DNA from: an uncultured Clostridia bacterium
Lineage (GTDB): Bacteria > Bacillota > Clostridia > TANB77 > UBA1234
Assembly (NCBI GenBank): GCA_947588905.1
Contig: CANQBB010000002.1
Coordinates: 170 to 64,169, forward strand
Direction: 5' to 3'
Length of the DNA: 64,000 nucleotides
Made by a program: the position numbers and the translations under genes. Positions within the stretch are counted from its first letter, which is position 1. Every line of letters starts with the position of its first letter. Below, one piece after another: positions 37,751 through 46,482 of this stretch. The notes under the pieces were generated by a model that was not told the origin of the DNA, did not search any database, and saw nothing but the letters and a program-made list of their open reading frames with translations.

Positions 37751-38977
37751 TTGAAGGTTATAGTTATTGGCGGAGGACCTGCCGGAATGATAGCTGCAAT
37801 TACTGCAAGTAAAAATGGAAATGAAGTAACTCTTTTAGAAAAAATGAGAAGTGTTGGAAGGAAATTATCTATTACAGGCAAGGGAAGATGCAATATTACA
37901 AATGCAATAAATATAAATGAATTTATGAATAATATTCCTGGTAATCCTAAATTTTTATATAGTGCTTTTAATGAATTTAATAATGAAGAAACAATTAAAT
38001 TTTTTAACAGCATTGGTGTAAAAACAAAAGTTGAAAGGGGAGATAGAATATTCCCTGAATCAGATAATGCGTTGGAAGTAGTAGATAAATTAAAAAAAGA
38101 AATGGATAAATGTAAAGTAAAAGTTGTTGTTAATTGCAAGGTAAATGAGATAGTTACTGAAAATGGAAAAGTAAAAGGAGTAATGGCAGATAAATTTTAT
38201 GAGGCAGATAAGATTATATTAGCAACTGGTGGTAAAAGCTATTCTACCACAGGGTCAACAGGAGACGGATATAATTTAGCTAAATCATTAGGACATACAA
38301 TAACTGATTTAATGCCTTCACTTGTACCAATTGAAACATATGAAAGCAAAGAACTTCAAGGTTTGTCTCTAAAGAATGTAAAAATTAGTATTAAAGATAA
38401 TGGAAAAGAAATATATGATGATTTTGGAGAAATGCTTTTTACACATTTTGGTGTTTCAGGTCCAATAATATTAAGCGCAAGCTCACATATATTACATATA
38501 AAAAATGTAATACAAAAAATGAAAGATAAAAATATCAAATTATATATCGATTTAAAACCTGCTTTATCAGAAGAAAAATTAGAACAACGTTTAATTAGAG
38601 ATTTTGAAAAAAATAGTAGAAAACAATTTAAAAATTGTTTAGATGACTTATTACCAAATAAAATGATACCATATATCGTAAAACTATCTAATATAAATCC
38701 ACAAAAACAAATTGATCAAATAACAAAAGCAGAAAGAAAGACATTAGTTAATTTACTAAAAAATTTAGAATTTACATTAAAAAATTTTAGACCTATTGAA
38801 GAGGCAATTATTACATCAGGTGGAGTTAATATAAAAGAGATAAATTCGAAAACAATGGAATCAAAATTAGTTAAAGGTTTATACTTTGCTGGAGAAATAA
38901 TTGATGTTGATGCATATACAGGAGGATTTAATTTACAAATTGCATGGAGTACTGGTTATGTTGCACGGAACAAATAA
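37751..38977 (+). CDS. FAD-dependent flavoprotein, HI0933/BaiN (aminoacetone-oxidase-like) family
   Basis: 408 aa. The N-terminus MKVIVIGGGPAGMIAAITA...GRKLSITGKGRCNITN is the family hallmark. Ribosome-binding site GGAGGAATAAATTTTG; start by the track is TTG. Confidence 0.8.
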   Translation: MKVIVIGGGPAGMIAAITASKNGNEVTLLEKMRSVGRKLSITGKGRCNITNAININEFMNNIPGNPKFLYSAFNEFNNEETIKFFNSIGVKTKVERGDRIFPESDNALEVVDKLKKEMDKCKVKVVVNCKVNEIVTENGKVKGVMADKFYEADKIILATGGKSYSTTGSTGDGYNLAKSLGHTITDLMPSLVPIETYESKELQGLSLKNVKISIKDNGKEIYDDFGEMLFTHFGVSGPIILSASSHILHIKNVIQKMKDKNIKLYIDLKPALSEEKLEQRLIRDFEKNSRKQFKNCLDDLLPNKMIPYIVKLSNINPQKQIDQITKAERKTLVNLLKNLEFTLKNFRPIEEAIITSGGVNIKEINSKTMESKLVKGLYFAGEIIDVDAYTGGFNLQIAWSTGYVARNK

Positions 38978-39083
38978 TTAGTCTTTGTCGAATTTTGGCA
39001 TATATGGTAGATGAAAAATGTTTGATTTTGAGGTATAAACAAGAATATAATAAAAGAGTGTTAGCTCAGAAAGTGAGGAAATA

Positions 39084-39701
39084 GTGCAGGAATCATATAT
39101 AACAATAAAAGAAAATGCTACTGCCGAATTAACTGAAAAAAAATCACGATTTATAGCAAGTATTTTTCATATAAAAAATGAAGAAGATGCTAACGAAAAA
39201 ATAAATGAGATAAAGAAACTGTATAGAGATGTAAAACATAACGTGTATGCATATAGATTGGAAGATGGAACAGAAAAATATAGTGAAGATGGAGAACCTA
39301 GTGGAACTGCAGGTGTACCAATCTTGGATATTTTGCGTGGAGAAAAATTGATAAATGTTTTGGTTGTCGTTACTAGGTATTTTGGTGGAATATTATTAGG
39401 CACGGGTGGGCTAGTAAGATGCTATGGAGGAGTGACGAAACTAGCTTTAAAAAATGCAACAAAAACTGAAATGAAATTATGCGTGGAATTTAAAATTATC
39501 GTAGAATATGATAACTATAATACACTACAATATTATTGTCAAAATAATGATATAAAAATTTTAAATACACAATTTTTAGATAAAGTTGAATTGGATGTTT
39601 TAGTAGTTGACTCCTATACAGATAAATTTTTACACTATTTGAGTGAATTCACAAATGGAAAAACATATTGTAAGCAAACAGCAAAATACTATCATGAATA
39701 A
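39084..39701 (+). CDS. yigZ: YigZ / IMPACT-family protein
   Basis: 205 aa. Motifs KSRFIASIFHI...HNVYAYRL...GEPSGTAGVPILDIL...NVLVVVTRYFGGILLGTGGLVRCYG are diagnostic of YigZ. Confidence 0.8.
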   Translation: MQESYITIKENATAELTEKKSRFIASIFHIKNEEDANEKINEIKKLYRDVKHNVYAYRLEDGTEKYSEDGEPSGTAGVPILDILRGEKLINVLVVVTRYFGGILLGTGGLVRCYGGVTKLALKNATKTEMKLCVEFKIIVEYDNYNTLQYYCQNNDIKILNTQFLDKVELDVLVVDSYTDKFLHYLSEFTNGKTYCKQTAKYYHE

Positions 39702-39726
39702 AATGGAAAAATTTTACATTTTATTA

Positions 39727-39755
39727 TTGCAATTTCCATTTTTTGGTAGTATAAT
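39727..39755 (+). promoter_or_regulatory. sigma-A-type promoter for spo0A (TTGCAA - 17 nt - TATAAT)
   Basis: Perfect -10 hexamer with a 5/6 -35 at ideal spacing, about 45 nt upstream of the spo0A ribosome-binding site AGGAGGAGATTGAATG. Confidence 0.5.
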
Positions 39756-39798
39756 CTTAAATGTAGTAAAAATTAGAAGAATGATAGGAGGAGATTGA

Positions 39799-40602
39799 AT
39801 GCAAAAGGAGACCACAATTACAATAGCTGACGATAATGTAGATTTTGCACAAGTTTTAAACAAATTTTTAAGTAGTCAAGAAGGTATTAAAGTTATAGGA
39901 ATGGCACATAATGGTGAAGATGCAATTGATATGATTGAGAAATTAAATCCAGACATAGCATTATTAGATGTTATAATGCCACAATTAGATGGCTTAGGAG
40001 TATTAGAAAAATTAGATTTAATTAACAAACCAAGAAAGACAAAGTTTATGATGCTTTCTGCAGTTGGACAAGATGCGATTACTCAAAGAACTCTAGCTTT
40101 AGGAGCACAATATTATATGATTAAACCATTTGATTTAGATACATTGATTCAACGTATTAGAGAAATAAACGAAGGCTTAATTGAAAATATACCAACTCAA
40201 GAAAACATTATTAAATCTGCACATATTTCTATAATGAAAAAAGAAGATGAATCAATAGAAAGCATGGTAACTAAAATAATGCATGAAGTTGGAGTACCTG
40301 CTCACATAAAAGGATATCAATATATAAGAGAAGCAATTATTTTAGCTGTAAATGATATTGAGACAATAAATTCTATTACAAAACTTTTATATCCAACACT
40401 TGCTAAAAAATTTAAAACAACTCCATCAAGGGTAGAAAGAGCTATACGTCATGCAATAGAAGTTGCTTGGTCTAGAGGAGAAATGAATGTAAATAATGAA
40501 ATGTTCGGAAATACAATTTCTGCAACTAAAGGCAAACCAACTAATAGTGAGTTTATTGCAATGATTGCAGATAAATTAAGACTTGAAACTAAATCAGCAT
40601 AA
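39799..40602 (+). CDS. spo0A: sporulation master regulator Spo0A (response regulator)
   Basis: 267 aa. REC domain ([12 protein letters not shown]...[14 protein letters not shown]). The Spo0A-specific C-terminus ([18 protein letters not shown]...[31 protein letters not shown]) is unmistakable. Confidence 0.95.
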   Translation: MQKETTITIADDNVDFAQVLNKFLSSQEGIKVIGMAHNGEDAIDMIEKLNPDIALLDVIMPQLDGLGVLEKLDLINKPRKTKFMMLSAVGQDAITQRTLALGAQYYMIKPFDLDTLIQRIREINEGLIENIPTQENIIKSAHISIMKKEDESIESMVTKIMHEVGVPAHIKGYQYIREAIILAVNDIETINSITKLLYPTLAKKFKTTPSRVERAIRHAIEVAWSRGEMNVNNEMFGNTISATKGKPTNSEFIAMIADKLRLETKSA

Positions 40603-40612
40603 AAATTAAAAT

Positions 40613-40642
40613 GGAAAAGGCACCAAATGTGGTGCCTTTTCG
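40613..40642. terminator. bidirectional intrinsic terminator (AAAAGGCACCA-AATG-TGGTGCCTTTT)
   Basis: An 11-bp perfect stem with a T-run, between spo0A and the convergent MBL-fold gene. Confidence 0.7.
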
Positions 40643-40657
40643 AGATTCCTCCTCTCG

Positions 40658-41662
40658 TCATTTTTCGGTTTGAACCTGAACTGAAGTGCCGTCAGAAATA
40701 ATAACTACGTTTCCACTTTTATTGTTATATACTTTGGCTGTTAAGCCAAGGGCACTGATGGTATTGTTTGTGGGTTTCGAACTGTTTGCTGGAACTAGTA
40801 TAATTTGCGGGTTCACCGCTTGTAAAACTTTGTTGCTGGCATATAACCTCCCTTCAATTTTCAATCCGTGGTGAGGCATTTGGAATACATCTACATCACG
40901 AATGATGTCATAATCCAAAACCTGGTCATGAGTATAGTCACCCGTCATGAAGAAGGTCGTTTCTCCAAATTTCATGACGAAGTTTAGGGAGTTGCAATTT
41001 TCAAGACCAGAAAGCTTGTACGGGCCGACACAAGTAAATTCAATGGGACCAATCGAGAACTGCTGTCCAGGGAGCATTTGCTGGTAGGTGCCTTTTCCAG
41101 ATGGCATATACTCAGACGGAGCAGAAGCAGAGTTACCAAAAACCAAAGTTTCAGGATTACCAAACTGTTCCAGAATCGCTCTCATATTTCCTACATGATC
41201 ACCATGCCAGTGCGTGGCAATATATGCAGAAAGATGAGTTACCCCATGATTCTGCAAATAGGAAATGACCTTTTCTCTAGAATCTTTGAGTCCACCATCA
41301 ATCATGATAGCAGTATCACCAGAAATAACGAGATGTGCGTTGGCACACCCAACATTTATCTGGTGAAGCTCAAAACTCTTAGGAATTTCGGTTGGCTGAG
41401 GGGTCGGTTCTGGGGTAGGCTGAGCAGTAGGTTCAGTAGTTGTCTGGATGTTGGGTTCAGTCGTCGGTTGGATAGTTGCTTCGACCGTTGGTTCAGACGT
41501 TGATTCTGGTGTTGGCTTAGTCGACAGTTGTGTGATTGTCGTAGTGACGATGGATAATTTCTGAGAAATTATCCCGGGTTGAACCACCTCGAGAACAATG
41601 GCAGTCATCAGAACAATGACTACTACAATCTCGAGAGCAATGATGAAAGTACTTAACCGCAT
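40658..41662 (-). CDS. membrane-anchored MBL-fold metallo-hydrolase with Pro/Thr-rich linker, encoded in a GC-rich (40-55 %) segment
   Basis: Start at the ATG preceded by AAGGAGGGAGATTTTTCC (M R L S T F I I A...). One transmembrane helix, then a PT-rich low-complexity linker (TEPTVEATIQPTTEPNIQTTTEPTAQPTPEPTPQPTEIP), then a metallo-beta-lactamase domain (HWHGDHVGN, ...DVFQMPHHG). Confidence 0.75.
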   Translation of the reverse strand: MRLSTFIIALEIVVVIVLMTAIVLEVVQPGIISQKLSIVTTTITQLSTKPTPESTSEPTVEATIQPTTEPNIQTTTEPTAQPTPEPTPQPTEIPKSFELHQINVGCANAHLVISGDTAIMIDGGLKDSREKVISYLQNHGVTHLSAYIATHWHGDHVGNMRAILEQFGNPETLVFGNSASAPSEYMPSGKGTYQQMLPGQQFSIGPIEFTCVGPYKLSGLENCNSLNFVMKFGETTFFMTGDYTHDQVLDYDIIRDVDVFQMPHHGLKIEGRLYASNKVLQAVNPQIILVPANSSKPTNNTISALGLTAKVYNNKSGNVVIISDGTSVQVQTEK

Positions 41663-41934
41663 GGAAAAATCTCCCTCCTTTAGTAAAAGGTTATAATTAT
41701 ATTTTACCACATGTTTACATAAAAATCAAACTTATACAACATATTAACAATACTTAAAAATTATATTGTAAAAAAATAAATATTTAAAGCTTTATAGTAT
41801 GGTATAAAATATAATTTTAAAAATTTACATAAAATGTTGAAAAATATTAAGAAAAGTTATATAATGCAAATGATGTCAATGAAGACATTGTTTCTTTTCC
41901 ACACTTGCGACTTTTAATAAAGGAGGAAGTAAAA

Positions 41935-42132
41935 ATGTCTGACAAGATGCATGCCGATTCTTATGCTCTTAGTTACCTCGAAAAGAAAGCAGAAAAAGTA
42001 GGATATGATTATAGTAGCACTGATGAACGTCAGAAGGGCATTGATGATTATATGGATGAATTGAATCAGTATGATCTTACAGCACAACAGAAAGAATCAC
42101 TTATATATACTGCAAATGGTCATGGACGCTAA
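41935..42132 (+). CDS. small hypothetical protein (65 aa), GC-elevated
   Basis: Ribosome-binding site AAAGGAGGAAGTAAAAATG. Followed by a strong terminator. No family recognised. Confidence 0.35.
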   Translation: MSDKMHADSYALSYLEKKAEKVGYDYSSTDERQKGIDDYMDELNQYDLTAQQKESLIYTANGHGR

Positions 42133-42150
42133 TTGAATTTGGAAAAGATA

Positions 42151-42181
42151 AGGAACAGGCTAAAAAGCCTGTTCTTTTTTA
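42151..42181 (+). terminator. intrinsic terminator (AGGAACAGGCT-AAAA-AGCCTGTTCT + TTTTTT)
   Basis: A 10-bp stem plus a T-run. Confidence 0.7.
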
Positions 42182-42367
42182 TCTAAAAAACCAGTTATGT
42201 AATGAGGATATTTATATAAAAAATAAACTTAAAAGAATATATATTTTTAAAAATATAAAACTATTACTATATTGAAAAAATTATATATAATAATTGAAAA
42301 TTTATATTTGTAATGCTATGATTAAATATGAAGAAATATAGTTTTTTACAAATGAGGAGGTAATAGT

Positions 42368-44977
42368 TTGGATACTAATCGTGAATTGATTGACAATGTA
42401 GATAAATTAAAAAGAGCTATAGATAGAGTAAAAAACGCACAAAAAGAATTTTCAAAATATACTCAAGAACAAGTAGATAAAATATTTTTTGAGGCAGCTA
42501 TTGCAGCAAATAAGGCTAGAATTCCACTTGCAAAAATGGCAGTTGAAGAAACTAATATGGGAGTTATTGAAGATAAGGTTATAAAAAATCATTATGCTTC
42601 TGAGTATATTTATAATGCATATAAAAATACAAAAACATGTGGACTAATTGAAGAAAATGGATCTTATGGAATAAAAAAATACGCAGAGCCTATTGGAGTT
42701 ATTGCAGCTGTTATTCCAACAACAAATCCAACTTCGACAGTTATATTTAAAACTTTACTTGCTTTAAAAACAAGGAATGGAATAATAATTAGTCCACATC
42801 CTAGAGCTAAAAAATCTTCTATTGAAGCAGCAAGAATTGTATTAGATGCTGCTGTAAAAGCTGGAGCACCGGAAGGCATAATTGATTGGATTGATGTTCC
42901 GTCATTAGAACTTACAAATACTGTTATGAGAGAATCAGATTTGATACTTGCAACAGGTGGACCAAGTATGGTTAAGGCTGCTTATTCTAGTGGAAAGCCT
43001 GCACTTGGAGTTGGAGCAGGAAACACGCCAGCTATTATAGATGATTCGGCAGATATTATATTAGCAGTAAATTCTATAATTCATTCAAAAACTTTTGATA
43101 ATGGTATGATTTGTGCTTCAGAACAGTCTGTAATTGTTTTAGATGGAATATATGAAAAAGTAAAAGAAGAATTTAGTAAAAGAGGTTGTTACTTTTTAAA
43201 TGATGAAGAAAAAGATAAAGTTAGGAAGACTATGATTATAAATGGTGCAGTAAATGCAAAAATAGTGGGACAAACTGCTTGCAAAATTGCAGAACTATCT
43301 GGAATAAATGTTCCAAGTAACACAAAAATTTTAATTGGAGAAGTTGAAGACACATCAATTTCAGAAGAATTTGCTCATGAAAAATTATCTCCAGTTTTAG
43401 CTATGTATAGAGCTGAAAACTTTAATGACGCAATTGAAAAGGCCCATGAACTTGTTAATGATGGTGGACATGGACATACATCATCAATATATATCAATAC
43501 TATTACCGAAAAAGAAAAATTAAAATTATTTGAAACAAAAATGGAAACGTATAGAGTGCTTGTAAATACGCCGTCTTCTCAAGGTGGAATTGGAGATATA
43601 TATAATTTTAAATTGGCACCATCTCTTACTTTAGGTTGTGGAAGCTGGGGAGGTAATTCAGTATCAGAGAATGTAGGAGTTAAGCATTTATTAAATATAA
43701 AAACAGTTGCAGAAAGGAGAAATAATATGCTTTGGTTCAGAACACCTGAAAAGATATATTTGAAAAGAGGTTCAATACCTGTAGCACTCCAAGAGTTGAA
43801 AGATGTTTATGACAAAAAAAGAGTTTTTATTGTAACAGATTCATATCTATATAAAACTGGTTTTACAAGATGTGTAACAGATAAGTTAAATGAATTAGGT
43901 ATCGAACATACAGTATTTTCAAATGTTGAATCTGATCCATCTCTTGCGTCTGCAATTGAAGGTACAAAAATAATGACAGAATTTCAACCTGATTGTATTA
44001 TAGCATTAGGTGGTGGAAGTCCTATAGATGCTGCAAAAATAATGTGGGTAATGTATGAGCATCCAGAAGTAGATTTTATGGATATGGCAATGAGGTTCAT
44101 GGATATAAGAAAACGTGTATATACATTTCCTAAAATGGGAGAAAAAGCATATTTTATAGCTATACCAACATCTGCTGGAACTGGTTCAGAAGTCACTCCT
44201 TTTGCAGTCATTACAGATGAAAAAACTGGAATTAAATATCCTCTTGCAGATTATGAATTGATGCCTAAAATGGCAATAGTTGATGCAGATATGATGGCAA
44301 ACTCTCCAAAAGGATTAACAGCTGCTTCTGGAATTGATGCATTGATTCATGGTCTAGAAGCTTATGCATCAATGATGGCAACAGATTTCACAGATGGATT
44401 AGCATTAAAAGCAATAAAAAATATTTTTGAGTATTTGCCTAGGGCATATCAAAATGGTGGAAATGATATGGAAGCAAGAGAAAAAATGGCTGATGCTGCA
44501 ACAATGGCTGGAATGGCATTTGCTAATGCATTTTTAGGAGTATGCCATTCTATGGCTCATAAACTTGGAGCATATCATCATATACCTCATGGAATTGCAA
44601 ATGCACTTTTAATATCGGAAGTATTAAGATTTAACAGTGCAGAAATTCCAAATAAGATGGGAACTTTTCCACAATATGACCATCCACATACATTAAGAAG
44701 ATATGCTGAAATTGCAGAATATCTTGGACTTGGTGGTTCTAATGATAATGAAAAATTAGAAAATCTAATTAGTAAAGTTGAAGAATTAAAAGATAAAATA
44801 GAAATTAAAAAGACTATTAGAGATTACGGAGTAGATGAAAAATATTTCTTAGATACGTTAGATGAAATGACAGAAAATGCTTTTGATGATCAATGCACAG
44901 GAAGTAATCCAAGATATCCACTTCTAAGTGAAATAAAAGATATGTATTTAAAAGCATATTATGGAGGTGAAAGATAA
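42368..44977 (+). CDS. adhE: bifunctional acetaldehyde-CoA / alcohol dehydrogenase
   Basis: 869 aa. N-terminal aldehyde dehydrogenase domain and C-terminal Fe-ADH domain (GGGSPIDAAK, ...HSMAHKLGAYHHIPHG). It apparently starts at TTG after GAGGAGGTAATAG, because the only upstream ATG is followed immediately by TAA. Confidence 0.9.
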   Translation: MDTNRELIDNVDKLKRAIDRVKNAQKEFSKYTQEQVDKIFFEAAIAANKARIPLAKMAVEETNMGVIEDKVIKNHYASEYIYNAYKNTKTCGLIEENGSYGIKKYAEPIGVIAAVIPTTNPTSTVIFKTLLALKTRNGIIISPHPRAKKSSIEAARIVLDAAVKAGAPEGIIDWIDVPSLELTNTVMRESDLILATGGPSMVKAAYSSGKPALGVGAGNTPAIIDDSADIILAVNSIIHSKTFDNGMICASEQSVIVLDGIYEKVKEEFSKRGCYFLNDEEKDKVRKTMIINGAVNAKIVGQTACKIAELSGINVPSNTKILIGEVEDTSISEEFAHEKLSPVLAMYRAENFNDAIEKAHELVNDGGHGHTSSIYINTITEKEKLKLFETKMETYRVLVNTPSSQGGIGDIYNFKLAPSLTLGCGSWGGNSVSENVGVKHLLNIKTVAERRNNMLWFRTPEKIYLKRGSIPVALQELKDVYDKKRVFIVTDSYLYKTGFTRCVTDKLNELGIEHTVFSNVESDPSLASAIEGTKIMTEFQPDCIIALGGGSPIDAAKIMWVMYEHPEVDFMDMAMRFMDIRKRVYTFPKMGEKAYFIAIPTSAGTGSEVTPFAVITDEKTGIKYPLADYELMPKMAIVDADMMANSPKGLTAASGIDALIHGLEAYASMMATDFTDGLALKAIKNIFEYLPRAYQNGGNDMEAREKMADAATMAGMAFANAFLGVCHSMAHKLGAYHHIPHGIANALLISEVLRFNSAEIPNKMGTFPQYDHPHTLRRYAEIAEYLGLGGSNDNEKLENLISKVEELKDKIEIKKTIRDYGVDEKYFLDTLDEMTENAFDDQCTGSNPRYPLLSEIKDMYLKAYYGGER

Positions 44978-45729
44978 TGAATTTTGAAGAGATTATAACA
45001 GAAAGACCAACTAAGACAGTTTATAAAGATCATGGTAGAACTATAAAATTATTTGTAGAAAATTATTCAAAATCGGATATATTAAATGAAGCTGTAAATC
45101 AGGCAAGAGTAGAGGAAACAGGATTAAATGTTCCAGAATTAATTGAGGTTAGTAAGATAGAAAATAGATGGGCATTGATTTCAGAACATATAGAAGGAAA
45201 AACTTTAGATTCTTTATTAAAAGAAAATCCTGATAAAGAAGACTACTATCTAAATATTTTTGTAGACAATCAATTAAGTATTTTGCATAAAAGGTCTCCA
45301 CTTCTTGGTAGAATAAAAGATAAAATGAAAAGAAAAATTACAAATGCACAAAATATTGACGAAAACGTAAAATATGATTTATTACAAAGATTAGAAGGAA
45401 TGCCTGTAGAAGATTCTGTTTGTCATGGAGATTATAATCCTTCAAATGTAATTATAAAAGATGATGGAACGATTTATACAATAGACTGGTCACATGTTAC
45501 ACAAGGCAGTCCGGTATTTGATTCAGCAAGAACGTATTTATTATTTAATATGGATAATAAAGTTGAACTTGCAGATAAATATTTGAATTTATTTTTAGAA
45601 AAATCTGGAGTATCAAAAAGAGAAATTTTAAGATGTGTTCCAATAGTTGCTGCAACACAAAAAACAAAAGGAAAAGAAGAAGAACAAGAATTTCTTGGTA
45701 AATGGATTGATGTAGTAGACTATGAATAA
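44977..45729 (+). CDS. phosphotransferase-family protein (aminoglycoside/choline-kinase-like, APH fold)
   Basis: 250 aa. HGDYNPSNVII...IDWSHV matches the APH/ChoK catalytic loop and DxS motif. Its start overlaps the adhE stop (ATGA). Confidence 0.65.
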   Translation: MNFEEIITERPTKTVYKDHGRTIKLFVENYSKSDILNEAVNQARVEETGLNVPELIEVSKIENRWALISEHIEGKTLDSLLKENPDKEDYYLNIFVDNQLSILHKRSPLLGRIKDKMKRKITNAQNIDENVKYDLLQRLEGMPVEDSVCHGDYNPSNVIIKDDGTIYTIDWSHVTQGSPVFDSARTYLLFNMDNKVELADKYLNLFLEKSGVSKREILRCVPIVAATQKTKGKEEEQEFLGKWIDVVDYE

Positions 45730-45882
45730 AAATTAAACGAAAAGGGGTTGTAATAGCTTTTACAACTCTTTTATTTTAGCAAAATTTAAAAATGAATTTA
45801 AATTCACTATTGACATATTATAGAAATGGGTGTAATATACTTAATAGTGAATTCAAGTTCATTTTTGAATGGAGGTATTTAA

Positions 45883-46482
45883 ATGCAAAAATTAAAGGAA
45901 GATATTAAACAGAAGATAATTGATGTTGGAAAGAAAAAATTTAAAAAAGATGGATATGAAAATACTTCTATGAAAGATATTGCTAGTGAAGTTGGAATTA
46001 GTACTGGAAATATTTATAGATATTTTTTAACTAAAAAACATTTATTAAATGAAATATTAGATGAAATGGAAACAGAAATAGAAGAATTCTTTAATGAAAT
46101 TCCATCTAATTACGAAGATATCAATCTTCATAATTTGTTTGATTTAATTATTTCTTTCACATTAAAAATTGCAAAAGAAAATAATGATACCTTAAAAGTA
46201 ATGTTTAATTCTCAAAATGAAAGTCAATTTATAGATTTTAAAGAAAGAATATTAAACTTATTTACGCAAAAAATGATTACAATTTTGAAAAGTACGAATA
46301 TTAAAAATAAAGAATATATAATTTTGTGTGGAGCAGTTGCTAGAGCTCAATTTGAAGGTTTTACGTATATTGTAAAAAATAATTTAGATAATATTAACTC
46401 TATGAAGAAGAATTTAGAGATATATGAGAAACTAATGATAGAAGATTTAGGAAAGAAAGTTATGGAAGTGATAAAGAAATGA
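45883..46482 (+). CDS. TetR/AcrR-family transcriptional regulator
   Basis: 199 aa. N-terminal HTH (GYENTSMKDIASEVGISTGNIYRYF). Confidence 0.8.
   Translation: MQKLKEDIKQKIIDVGKKKFKKDGYENTSMKDIASEVGISTGNIYRYFLTKKHLLNEILDEMETEIEEFFNEIPSNYEDINLHNLFDLIISFTLKIAKENNDTLKVMFNSQNESQFIDFKERILNLFTQKMITILKSTNIKNKEYIILCGAVARAQFEGFTYIVKNNLDNINSMKKNLEIYEKLMIEDLGKKVMEVIKK

Noticed and set aside
40686-40874. 62-aa plus-strand ORF at the 3' end of the MBL gene, with 40449..40661 on the minus strand
   Set aside because: One is antisense and the other overlaps the spo0A 3' end and terminator. They are too short and unsupported.
41078-41503. 141-aa plus-strand ORF, Arg/Ser-rich
   Set aside because: It is antisense to the GC-rich MBL-hydrolase gene. 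Its odd composition is a by-product of the GC-rich complementary strand.
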